Below the pieces are notes generated by a model. The model did not search any database. It was not told where the DNA came from and saw only the letters and a program-made list of their open reading frames with translations. Positions 22,623 through 33,852 of a DNA stretch of 64,000 nt are shown here, one piece after another. Position numbers and translations under genes: made by a program. Numbering within the stretch: the first letter of the stretch is position 1; the number at the start of each line of letters is the position of its first letter. Source of the stretch: Lama guanicoe (taxonomy: Eukaryota); contig MU053758.1 in the NCBI GenBank assembly GCA_013239625.1, positions 620,001-684,000 on the forward strand. Direction: 5' to 3'.

Positions 22623-23296
22623 ATGGCCCGGGGCCGCCGGAGGCCGCGGGCGGCGGGGCGCGCAGGCTGCGCACGGCTTACACCAACACGCAGCTGCTCG
22701 AACTGGAGAAGGAATTCCACTTCAACAAGTACCTGTGCCGGCCGCGCCGCGTGGAGATCGCGGCCCTGTTGGACCTCACCGAGAGGCAAGTCAAAGTGTG
22801 GTTCCAGAATCGTCGCATGAAACACAAGCGGCAGACGCAGCACCGAGAGCCGCCCGACGGGGAGCCGGCCTGCCCCGCCGCCCCGAAGGACACCAGCGAG
22901 CTCACCGAGGAGCCCGTGGCCAGTCCGGGCCGCCCCTCCGCCTCGCGGGCGGCGCGAGAAGCCTGCTGTCACCCGCCCGAGGTCGCACCGGGGTCCCCGG
23001 ACCCCCGGCCTTTGGCCGCTGGCGTGGAGGGCGCGGGCGCGCGGAGCCCCGGAGGCGCGCTGCGCGGGGCCGGAGGGCGGGAGCCCGAGCCCTTGTCGGA
23101 AGACGCCTTCCCGGAGCGGCAGGATTCGCCCATCCTGCCCGACCTCAACTTCTTCGCGGCCGACTCCTGTCTCCAGCTGTCAGGGGGCCTCTCCCCCAGC
23201 CTCCAGGGCTCGCTCGAAAGCCTGGTTCCCTTTTCCGAGGAAGAGCTGGACTTCTTCACCAGCACCCTCTGTGCCATCGACCTGCAGTTCCCCTAA
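22623..23296 (+). CDS. HOXB2: Homeobox protein Hox-B2, exon 2
   Basis: Acceptor ctttccctgcag|A; homeodomain [60 protein letters not shown] (22658-22837); ends [12 protein letters not shown]; 350 aa in total. Confidence 0.98.
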
Positions 23297-23714
23297 TAAC
23301 CCGCTTCCTCCCCTATGGCCCTCGACCCCAGCCCTCTTCAGCTGCCTATGGGAAACCCGAGGATCCCCCTCCCCAAGCCGTATAGACTTCTTTATCTGTT
23401 TTGCTAAAATTCAGGTATTACTGAATTAGCATTTAATCCTCTTCTTTTCTTCTCTCTCTAAAATATCGGGCACTTGGGCATTTTTAAAAAAAAATCACAC
23501 AGAGAAATTCCGTTTGGTAAAGTCCTTCCAACGAAATCTCAGGAATAATTAAACTTTAGGGGGGCTTTCTTAAAAAGAACTAGAGGAACCTATTTTCCTC
23601 TCTCTCTCTCTCTCTCTCTTTTTTTTTTTTTAAAGTTTTAGACTGTAGATTATTTATTGAAATTCTTTAATAATAGGAAAAGGGGAAAGTATTTATTGTA
23701 CATTATTTTCATAG

Positions 23715-23724
23715 ATTAAATAAA
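23715..23724 (+). terminator. HOXB2: HOXB2 polyadenylation signal
   Basis: Overlapping ATTAAA/AATAAA in an AU-rich 3'UTR, with downstream GTGTTTGTGTT. Confidence 0.75.
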
Positions 23725-25339
23725 TGTCTTTATAATACAAAAACGAATAAGTGTTTGTGTTGGGACCCAGCCCCTATCCCCTGTACCCTCTAAGGCCGGT
23801 CCTCACTCCCTCAGGGCCAGTGCCAGGTTTGTCTGGCCCTGGGCGGGCTAAGTCCGGGTGGTACAAAAGGAGCCCTATTTGGCCTCCCACGTCTCCACCC
23901 GCAGCTCTGAGAAGAGTGGGGGTGTTGCTGCCACCCCCTAACAGAGGGCCTTTGGCCCTGCTTAGAAATAAAGGTGGAGGAGAGAGTGTGCTGCTAACTG
24001 AAGAGGGTGCAAGGAGAGGAGGCCTCGGGGACAAGTTTTGGAGTCCTGGAGAGAGGCGCGGAGGTTCACCTGGGTTGGGAACGGTGCCAGGGTTTCCTAG
24101 GCTTCTCGCCTCTGTGCCCTAAGAGGGGTGGAGGGGCTTTTTCCAGAATGCAGGTTCCTGGGGACCCGAGGCCTGGGGGCATAGGCAGGGCCAAGGAGTG
24201 GAGAGAAGTGGATTGGAGTCGGGGGTTTTCTGAGGAAGCAGGGCCCATACCCAGGGATGGTAACTGGGCTCCAAGTAGTCAAGGAGCCCGACTGGAAAAT
24301 GTAGCGGGACGAACGCCAGCGCTCTTCATGCTCCGCAGACACGCTAGGGCTCCTGGGTTTGGGAGGAGGGTCCGAGGAGATGCTGAGAACAAGCCTGGAG
24401 AGCCTGGGCAGCGTTGGGAGGCTCTTGGCCTGCAGGGAGCGAAGGAGGAGCGAAGAGAGCGGGAGGGAGACAGGGAAGCAAGGAAGATGCTCAAAATGGC
24501 GCTGGGGCCGGGCGGCAGGGAGGGCGAAGGAAGAGACTGTGGCCGCCATGACAGCCGCCTAGGGATGCGCAGGGTCCAGCCCCAGGGATCGTTCACGCAC
24601 CCACCTTCACCTGTCTGGATCATCCGCGTGCCAGTGAAGAAAGGGAGCCAGGGAGCATCCTTTTAGTTTTCGTTTTGTTTTAAAAATGAGCCCAACGGAT
24701 GCTGAGGACGCGAGATGGACCAAGAGTCTGTGAGAGGGTGGGATTGGGAGGGGGAGTGCCGCAGGTCTTGCAGGCCTCTGTCTGCCTTGCCGAATCTGAC
24801 TTTTGAGCCTCCGCTCTGGGATTTGAAGCCCGGCCAGAGCTTTCTCCAAATGCAGACCTACCTGTCTTTGCCAACAACTTCATTTGCCGTCTCCTATCCC
24901 CCACCACACCTTGCCCGGCTGCTTGCAAACCCGGTAAGCGAAAAGCAAGGATCGATCTCCCCATCTGCCTCCTCGTTTGTTCCGAGGAACGTGGAGATTT
25001 AAAGGGCCCTGGAAAGCCATCCATCCTCCTTAGGTTTATTTAATATTTCTCCGGCTCAGAAACAGACACCGCCAGGCTACCTCCCCAGCAGCTGCTGCCA
25101 TTATTTAAAGGCAGTTTATTTCCCGGGCCTCCCAGACTTTCCCGTGGACCAGCAGGACCGGGACTTGAAGTACTAGGCTCTGAGAGGCAAGAACTGTCTA
25201 GGAAAAGCCAGGAGCCAACATAGGTCGCGACACATAGACTAGACAGGCCCTTGCCATTTTTTTTGCCTGGTCCCTCAGTGTGGGAAGTACACACATCTTA
25301 CTCAGCTGGAATTTAATCCCTTAAACTGTCTTAATATAG

Positions 25340-25700
25340 AATTCATCTCCTGCATTAAATAATCTTATGTCATGTTAAATTGCATTTATTTCTCTCATAA
25401 ATATATTAATATAGAACAATTAGATGTGTTATTATAATAATATCGTGTATCTTAGTTTATTTTCCCTCATAAAATATATAGGTATGAAATAAATTCAATA
25501 TATTAAAGTAATAATACACAGCTTATTGGCTTACGTGTTTATTTTCCCCATAAATAAATGAATATACAATATATTAAAACCACACTGTACATCTCATTGG
25601 GCTATGTGTTTATTTCTCCATAAAATATGCCCATAGGCAGTGTTTAACATCTTAAAAATGACAGCACATAGCCATGTCTACACCCACAAAATAAAACACA
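25340..25700. repeat. AT-rich degenerate tandem repeat (unit about 71-82 bp, at least 4 copies)
   Basis: Core TTTATTT(T)CYC(T)CATAAA at 25385, 25456, 25538 and 25609. Confidence 0.8.
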
Positions 25701-25964
25701 TTTCAGCTGGGGCTTTGATGTCCGTGGACAGCCAAACTAGATAATTTGGTCTAATTAAAAATGCCCTTTCAGCTTGTAACAAAGATCAAGAGTACCAGAA
25801 GGATCTTGCTAATTGCCCATCTTCCAGCTCTCTTTGGTCAAAAGGAGAACACCTTTTATCAATGCCAAAGATGCAGGATCTGCTCTGCTGGAGAGAATTC
25901 ACATCCTGGGATCATGGCCTGGTCCGCAATACACAGGGGCCTCTCCATTTCTCTAAAAGCCTGC

Positions 25965-26112
25965 TGTTCCAGGAACCAGCAGCATTAGCACCAGCTGCAG
26001 GCCAGTTAGAAATGCAGAATCTTAGGCCCCACTCCAAGCCTACTGAATCAAAATCTCAATTTATCTGATCCCCAAGTAATTTATATGCACATTAAAGTTT
26101 GAGAAGTACTGC
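25965..26112. mobile_element. MER5A-like hAT DNA transposon relic
   Basis: gttagaaatgcagaatcttaggccccactccaagcctactgaatcaaaatct...gcacattaaagtttgagaagtactg. Confidence 0.8.
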
Positions 26113-27334
26113 TGGGTCATAGTGCCACCTTGCTTCCTGCCTTTCTCCCATGCTTAAGTTTTGACCCACTTTACCTGGTCACTGCCTTCCAGTCCTCCGC
26201 AACACAGACCAGTGGCCCAAGGGCATGGAATTTCAACTCCTGCTTGAGGCTGCATCATTCCTGATCCTTTCCTGTCAAAGTGAGTGGGGGATCAGGAGGA
26301 TCCAGCCAAAGTCTCAGTCTACCTGTTTAGATCTAGGTATTTTGTATTTCCTGAGGGTGAGAAGCAACTAATCTGATCCAGGGAACCAGAAGGCCCAGTA
26401 TTTCCCTTGGCTGATTATTAGAGGAGATGGAAATCTTTTTACAGGCAACACAGAGCTTTTCTCTCTCTCTCTCCTTTCCCATGTTCTCAAAATTCACTGC
26501 CTCTGATGCCACCATAGCAGAACAAAGAGGCAAGGCATTTCCAAAAGGAAGTGACTCCTGTTTTCAATCTCATCCAATTTCAAATTCAAAGGAATGTCTG
26601 GCAATTTGGGATTCATAAACGACTGGGATTCAGGATGTCTGTATTCCAAATTAGCTCCTTTTCCTTGTTTCATCTCTAGGGTCATCCTCTTTAACCTGTT
26701 TTCCAGGCTGGCTCTGGAGAAGGAAGAAGAGAAGGGGTTGTCAGATAAGGCAGCAGACCCCTTGGTGATGACAGGTTAGAGGGCAATGCCAGGTGGCTGC
26801 ACTCACTTATCCTATCCTGATCCGGGCAGGGCTCCTCTTGAGTGGTCTGTAGCACTCAACCTGGCTGTGGTTGGAGTGGGAAGGTTTCAGTGCAGTCCTG
26901 AAAGCTCCCAGTCAGTCTGCTCTGCTCTTGGTGAGTCATTCTTTTAAGAAGAATGATTCATTAATATGGTGAAAGCAAAAGACCATTAGATTGAGGAATT
27001 ACTTGCAATCATGATAACCCTGAGTCATTAAAAAATTTTTTTAACTTATGCCTGGATAAGTCCCTTCGCCTTCCTAGACCTCAGTTTCTCCAACTGTAAA
27101 ATAAATGGAAGAACTAAATGGCCCTAATGTCCTCTGCATCAATATATGCCAAAAGTCTATCCATCAGTCTTCACAAACAAAATAGTAAATATTTATTGGT
27201 TGTGGTGTCATGTGCTTTTAAATGGAGGTGGTGACTCTTGATGTTCAATAATAACCCACCACCCAAGTATCTGGTAGAACCATTTTTAACAAACTTTAAT
27301 TTGTATCTTTACTCTGACAATCATGTCCCAATCA

Positions 27335-27530
27335 TTATTTAAGCAGAGTCAATTTACAATGTGTTAATTTCTGGTGTACAGCATGGTGATTCATTTATAT
27401 AAAAATTCCTTTTCATATTCTTTTTCATTATAAGCCATTACAAGGTATTGAATATAATTTCCTGTGCTATATAGTGACCTTGTTGTTTATCTATTTTATA
27501 TGTGGTAGCCAGTATCTACAAATCCCAAAG
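27335..27530 (-). mobile_element. Short LINE-1 3'-end fragment
   Basis: tttacaatgtgttaatttctggtgtacagcatggtgattca...attgaatataatttcctgtgctatatag is typical L1 3' end read antisense. Confidence 0.75.
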
Positions 27531-28839
27531 GGGGAGAAATCTTTTCAACGAGCATGTGACTGGGTATAGTGCTGTGTGCCAGGTGTCAGGTATTCAATAA
27601 ATATGAGTATTAAGAAGTGTCCTAACCTGGCTTTCATTCTCCGCCACCTTCCCCAACATTTGGTTATGTTTACTCTTGTTTGAAAAAGAGTAGGACATTT
27701 TATATGAAAAGAGCCATCAAACTTCTTCTTTAGACTTTAAAAGTCCCCTGTAGTCAGGTTTATCTGGTTGCTGAGTTGAGCATAGGTACAAATTCTGGGC
27801 CTCCCTTAATAGCTCTGCTGAATCCCCTGCCCACCTGTCCCCTAAATCTCTGACAAACACTCAGTGGCCCAGTGCCCCCACTGTACATCTTCCTGAAATG
27901 TGCTCTATCAAATACATGCCCTCAGTTTGCAGAAAGTAGACTCAAAGGTCCCACATCATCCCCTTCACCTGCTATAGCTTATGTGGCCCAAATCCTCCAC
28001 TGACTTCTCCAGCCCATCTCTGCCCTCCTGTCCCCCACCCCCTCCACACTCAGTGGTGAGGCAGATATTTAGTGCCTGAAGGCAATCTAACACACTGCTT
28101 CCTCCTCTGAGGGGAGTCAACAGTGAAAGAGCCCTCTTAAAACCCTCCCTAATTCTCAACTGCTGCAGAAAAAGCACAGTTCATTCAGTCACTCAGTTAC
28201 AAATTCAGCTTGATCAATGTTCAGTGAGGTTTCCAAAATGTGGATATTTTGGCCACAGCTACCACACCTGGATAAACCTAATTAAGAAAATTATTTCAAT
28301 GCTTTGTGTCACTTTAATCTTCCTTTTTAGAAAGATCCTAATTCTCTGACTTACTTTTCACTCCAGGTGAAAGTTTACATCTGTTTCTGACATCCCAGGA
28401 GTCAGGTTCAATGCCTAGCCCTAGGACAGTTTCTAAGCTAAATCCTTCAAGGGAGGAGAGACAATATCCTCCCTAGAAAACTCTGCCCAAATATTTGGAA
28501 GATCAGGAAGTTCTTGCTAACACGCAACCTCAAACCTTTCTGCTACAGTTTTAATCATTTGGGTTCTTTATAGATTGTATAATACTAGGCTTTACTTAAA
28601 AAAAAACCAAAAAACTCTTCAGTTTAGAAAAAAATCCTTTGCCTAAACAGAGCCAACCTTCTGACTTCTCAATGAAATTTGCATACGATAAAGTACATAT
28701 TGTATAGTAAATGGTGATGTTACATAAAAATATAGCACATATGCTCTTTTCCTATCACATATTTCCATATGTAATATGCTAGTTATATTAAAAACAGGAG
28801 ACTGATTCATACTATTTCAGAATGTGCATGTAATGATAA

Positions 28840-29035
28840 TATCACACATTTATAGAGTTCTCTATGGTTTATATTTTCTTATTTGCTTTAATTCTACTAA
28901 CAATGCAGGGAAGTAAGTAGTATTAAACCCATTCTTTTTCTCTGAGGCTGAATCTCATAGAAACCAGGAAATCTGTCCAGGGTTATAATGCTAAGAAATG
29001 GCCAAGCAAGGTTGAACCCAAGTATTCTGGCCCCC
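28840..29035. mobile_element. Degenerate MIR
   Basis: tattaaacccatt...ctgaggct...tccagggtta...ttgaacccaag pattern; boundaries approximate. Confidence 0.55.
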
Positions 29036-30923
29036 ACCCAGCAGTGCTCCCATTAGGATATGCACCACTCATAGTCCATGGTTTTCAACCAGATTTGTGA
29101 CAATTTAATTAACCTGCATTAAAAGAAACACCACTGAATTCAGATTTCATCCTCCCTACAAACAGCAACAAGAAACCATCTCTATTATAGAGAAAAAATG
29201 ATAACCTTGAATATCCTTTTACTTCTTAAGTTCCAATCTTTGATCTTGGGTTTTAGCCTCCGGGATCTGGGCTGGGGAGAGCAGGCAGAGAGGCACTTAA
29301 GGGCCTAAGGAAGGAACTGTTCATAATGCTCCTGCCAACACCCAGCTAAAGCAGCTTCCTCCTTAGAAAAGTCCAGAATCATGTGTAAACTCCTAACACA
29401 CTCTCATTCTGATTAGAATGGTCCCCCTGCCTGAATCCTTAGTGCTATAATGACCAGCATCTCTCAAAGATAACTTCCGTTCTAAACATGCCTGTGTTCT
29501 CCTTGCTCTCCTATCTGTCTAAATAGATGATGTAAAAGAAGAAATCAACTATCTTTCGCTTTGGTGTTGGGTCCACCCAGACCTTCGCTGGTGAATTTCA
29601 CGTGGTCAGCCAGAAAATCCTATATGCTATAGGTTACTCCAGATGTGGACTGCTTTTCTTTATTTGTTTGTTTTGTTTTGCACTCAGCTGTGGGCTTAGC
29701 AAGGAATCCAAGTTCCACAGACTTTCTCCTCAGGCCAGAGGCCAGTGAAGTTTTTGTTGTTGTTGTTGTTTTTTAAAGGGGAAGAGACTTGGGAACACAG
29801 GGAGCCAAGCGGCTTTTTCTCTCAGTCCTTTCTGCTGGGGCTGGGAGAGCCAGCAGGAAAGCGGAAAAGTTTTCATCTTTCTGCTACAGCAGATGAGGTA
29901 GCAAGGCTGAGGGATGGATTGGAGAGCATAGTGAATTTGGAGAGCTGAGGCCAAAGCAATCACTGCACTTGACAGTATAACTTGAGGCACTCTTGCTCCT
30001 CCCCTTTCCGGCTCCTCACTCCGATACACTATTGGCGACTTTAGCTGTTACTGGAGAGACTGCATTTCCCCAACTCCCAGAATGATTTCTGCTCCTTTAT
30101 TACACTGATTTGGAATTTATTTCCTTCTGTAGACCTACAATTGTTCCCTTAATTAGGAGGGTGAGGGATGAGATGAGGGGGTTCTTCTTGGGTTGAGGGA
30201 AAGGTGGAAAGTGGAGTCTGGAGTCTCTCAGAAGCCAGGTCACACATGGGCTTAGCTCAGGTTTGGGGTTAAAAGAGAAACCCTTGTTCCTTACACCCTT
30301 CTTCCCCAAAGTCCTCTGCGGAAAACATCTTAAAGTGAGAGGAAACATCAGGAGCATCTACAAACCCAGAAAGGGGAAACAGAAAGAAATGCCTGCTCTC
30401 ACCTCAACACTCTTTTTCTCTTCAACTCCTCTGCAGCACCCCCCCCCCATCTCAACTCTTCTTTCCTTTGTTTGCTCTCATCCCTCTGCAGTGGTGATTC
30501 TCTCACCCTGCCCCCTCCCATCTCTCTTAAAGGAGTTGCCAGCTGGTCCCCTTCCCCCAGCTTGTCCTGCTCTGAAGCAAGGTCTGAAGCAGAGCATACG
30601 TGAGAGAGGGAGGGAGGCGGGGGTCCAGTGAAATGCTTTGAGCTCTTTCAGAGTTGGGGGCTAAGCAAGGCTCAGAGTTATTAAGACAAGAGAAAGGCAG
30701 TGTGATTCTGGTGCTCAAGATAGAAGGTACAGGCCTGGGAAACAGAAAGAGGGAGCCACACAGAGACTGAGAGACAACTTTGGCCCTCCTTGCAGAGGGA
30801 TGAGTACTCACCCTGCCGTTTTAGAGGCAGGGAAACCTGAGAAGTTTTCAGGGTCCTCGCAGGACCAGTCCCACCTGCTTCCCCTTCCTCTCCGCAGCTC
30901 AGTTGTTTACAGAGATCCTCCCC

Positions 30924-30937
30924 TGAACTCTTGCCCT
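30924..30937 (-). promoter_or_regulatory. HOXB1 5' DR2 RARE (r3/r5 repressor element)
   Basis: TGAACTCTTGCCCT, reverse complement AGGGCA ag AGTTCA, about 1.6 kb 5' of the ATG. Followed by TGGACTTGCCCT and TGACAG (30988-30993). Confidence 0.88.
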
Positions 30938-31539
30938 CCTGGACTTGCCCTAGCCCCGGCCCCAGGCCTCCGGCCAGGCAGACACCCTGACAGGTTACAA
31001 ATGAGCGTGGGTGTTAGATTGCGCCAAGCTCTTGTCCTCGGAGTCTGGAGGAGGAGAATCAATGGGCTTTACCTAAGAGCTTCCCTTCCAGTTCCATCCC
31101 CGCCTGAACAGAGTGAAGGAGTCACTTCCTGTTCCCCTCCCCTCCCTCAACCCTAACTCAACAGACACCCAGAGCAGAAAGGGGTCAGACTCCACTCCTG
31201 AGCCTCAGGACCTCCACACTGAATTTCCTATTCTCTAAGCAAACTCCTTTTATATATTTTAGAAAATTTGTCAGAAATTTGAGTAATTTTTAAGCTGTAA
31301 TTGGTATTGAATTTATGGATTTGAGGCTTGGGATTTTTAGGGGGGAATGGGGTAGGAGGGAACCGGAAGAATGCACTACACTAGTTTTAAACACTTCAGA
31401 GAGAGAATAAAAATTTCCTCTTCTTCACCTGTAAGTAAACATCACCTAGCTCTGTGCTCATTGTGGCTCTCTGGAGAAATACGGGGAGTTATGTGAGTCT
31501 GAGTGAGCTAGCCAGCTACAGCTCTGGATGGCTAGAGAG

Positions 31540-31720
31540 AGGATAAATACATCCGGAGAGATGAGTTGATGGATAGGTAGGGAAAGAATATAAATATGGA
31601 GAGAGATGGACGAACAGAGAGATAGATTGAGACAGAGAGAATATAAAGAGAAGCTGAGGGAGAGAAATGGATGTGTGAATGAGGAGAGAGTGGTTATGCG
31701 GAGAGATGGAGAGAGAAATA
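31540..31720. repeat. GA-rich low-complexity tract
   Basis: Purine-rich gagagat/gagaga runs. Confidence 0.7.
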
Positions 31721-32227
31721 GGGCATTTCTCATCCTCCTCTCCACATTTCTGTCAGCTTGTCTTGCTCCCTGAAATGCCAGTGTCCCACCCCTTACTTAA
31801 TGCATCCTTCCCCTGGGGATTCTAGACCCTGCCTCACACCCTTAGGCATTTTTGCAACCCCTTCCTTCACAGTCATCCATTTGGCCCCAGATAACATACC
31901 TTACCGAGCTGTCCTAGCCCATCAACCCAAGACAAACTGGGAGAAAGAAACTCAGAATGGGAGTTCTGGGCAAAGGAGGCTAGATTCCCCATCTCCTGGT
32001 CTACAGACTTGGGGGGACAGCTCCTTTGGGTGGGGGGTGGGAAGAATGAAGGGCAGCTGGGTTGAATTTGTCCAAATCTAATAACCCAGGAGCCTATTGA
32101 AGGCCTAGGGGGTTGAGAGGGGAGGAAAGTCTTGAATATTCCTCTAACTTTTCCCCCCTCTCCCTCTGGTCCCTTCTTTCCAAAAGTCTTTGAAGAAAGA
32201 TGTTTTTGACGCTTCCACGTCACCCTC

Positions 32228-32307
32228 AGATGGATGGGCTGCGGGTGATTGAAGTGTCTTTGTCATGCTAATGATTGGGGGGTGATGGATGGGCGCTGGG
32301 GCTGCCA
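32228..32307 (+). promoter_or_regulatory. HOXB1 autoregulatory r4 enhancer (b1-ARE)
   Basis: R1 AGATGGATGG 32228-32237; R2 TGATTGAAGT 32246-32255; SOX/OCT site CTTTGTCATGCTAAT 32258-32272; R3 TGATGGATGG 32283-32292; CTGCCA 32302-32307. Confidence 0.95.
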
Positions 32308-32515
32308 AACTCTGGCCCGCTGCGCCCATTGGCCTGGGAGAGATCACATGCGCCCCTCCACCCCCACTCCCTACCCCTTTCCTGGGGGAGCCCCGGCCCA
32401 GGCGAGCTGGGCTAGGCCATGGATGCAAGCTTCAGCACTGTGACATACTGCCGAAAGGTTGTAGGGCAAGAGGGTGTCTCCCCGAAACGGGCCGACCCTC
32501 CAGCGGCCTCGACGC

Positions 32516-33095
32516 ATGGACTATAATAGGATGAACTCCTTCCTAGAGTACCCACTCTGTAACCGGGGACCCAGCGCCTACAGCGCCCACAGCGCCCCCA
32601 CCTCCTACCCCACCAGCTCGGCTCCGGCTGTTGACAGCTATGCAGGCGAGGCCCGCTACAGCGGCGGGGGGCTACCCAGCCCCGCACTCCAGCAGAACTC
32701 AGGCTATCCGGCCCAGCCGCCGCCGTCGGCATTGGGGGTGCCTTTCCCCACCTCCTCGACCTCGGGGTACGCCCCAGCTGCCTGCAACCCCAGCTATGGG
32801 CCTTCTCAGTACTACCCTCTGGGCCAGCCAGAAGGAGATGGGGGTTATTTTCATCCTTCAAGCTATGGGGTCCAGTTAGGGGGCTTGTCTGACAGCTATG
32901 GAACCCGTGGAGCGGGCCCTGGGCCGTTTCCTCCACCACAGCCCCCGTACGGGGCCGAGCAGACAGCGAGCTTTGCACCAGCCTATGCTGATCTCCTCTC
33001 CGAGGACAAGGAATCGCCCTGCGTGTCAGAAACCAGCACCCCCACAGCCCGGACCTTCGACTGGATGAAGGTTAAGAGGAACCCACCCAAGACAG
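32516..33095 (+). CDS. HOXB1: Homeobox protein Hox-B1, exon 1
   Basis: MDYNRMNSFLEYPLCNR N-terminus; hexapeptide TFDWMKVKRNPPKT; phase-1 donor ACAG|GTAGGG. Confidence 0.98.
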
Positions 33096-33523
33096 GTAGG
33101 GCTCAGGCGTGGCCCCCCTCCCCGGAGCTCAGAGCGGCTCTGCTGCTTCTGCACTGAGGTGTTCTGGGTCTGGGCTGGGTTCCTCTCTCTGAGCTGCCCT
33201 GGTAGAGGCAGGTAAGAGCTCTCCGCCCAGTCTCAGGTCAGGTGGGGTCTCCCTATCCAGAGTGCCCGGTTACCCTAAAGAGTAAGTCTCCACACACACC
33301 CCCACTTCCTGATCTGTGCGCTCAGGACCTGGTGTGCGTTGGAGGGATGGGGGATGGGAATGTGGGGAGGTTGCTGCAGATTTGGAGATCACCTGGAGGG
33401 GTGCCTGGTGATCCAAGGGAACTTTGAGAGCTGAAGTTGGACAGAATGGTGAATAGGGGGAGGGGAGAGGAGGGAGAAAGAGGTGAGAGAACTGACGTGG
33501 CCCTTCTCCCGCCCCGCCCCTAG

Positions 33524-33852
33524 CGAAGGTGTCCGAGCTGGGCCTGGGCGCGCCGGGTGGCCTCCGCACCAACTTCACCACGCGGCAGCTGACCGAGCTG
33601 GAGAAGGAGTTCCATTTCAACAAGTACCTGAGCCGGGCCCGGAGGGTGGAGATCGCCGCCACCCTGGAGCTCAACGAGACGCAGGTCAAAATTTGGTTCC
33701 AGAACAGGCGCATGAAGCAGAAGAAGCGTGAGCGGGAGGGAGGCCGATTGCCCCCAGCCCCTCCAGGTTGTCCCAGGGAGGCGGCTGGAGACGCCTCCGA
33801 CCAGTCCACGTGCACCTCCCCGGAAGCCTCGCCCAGCTCCGTCACCTCCTGA
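33524..33852 (+). CDS. HOXB1: Homeobox protein Hox-B1, exon 2
   Basis: Acceptor cccctag|C; labial-class homeodomain [60 protein letters not shown] (33553-33732); TGA at 33850-33852; 302 aa in total. Confidence 0.98.

Noticed and set aside
24007..24666. 219-aa ORF after HOXB2
   Set aside because: G-rich, non-ATG start, no recognisable domain or splice structure.
25340..25700. CRISPR-like repeat-spacer appearance
   Set aside because: Eukaryotic DNA, degenerate cores, spacers related to each other, no cas genes.
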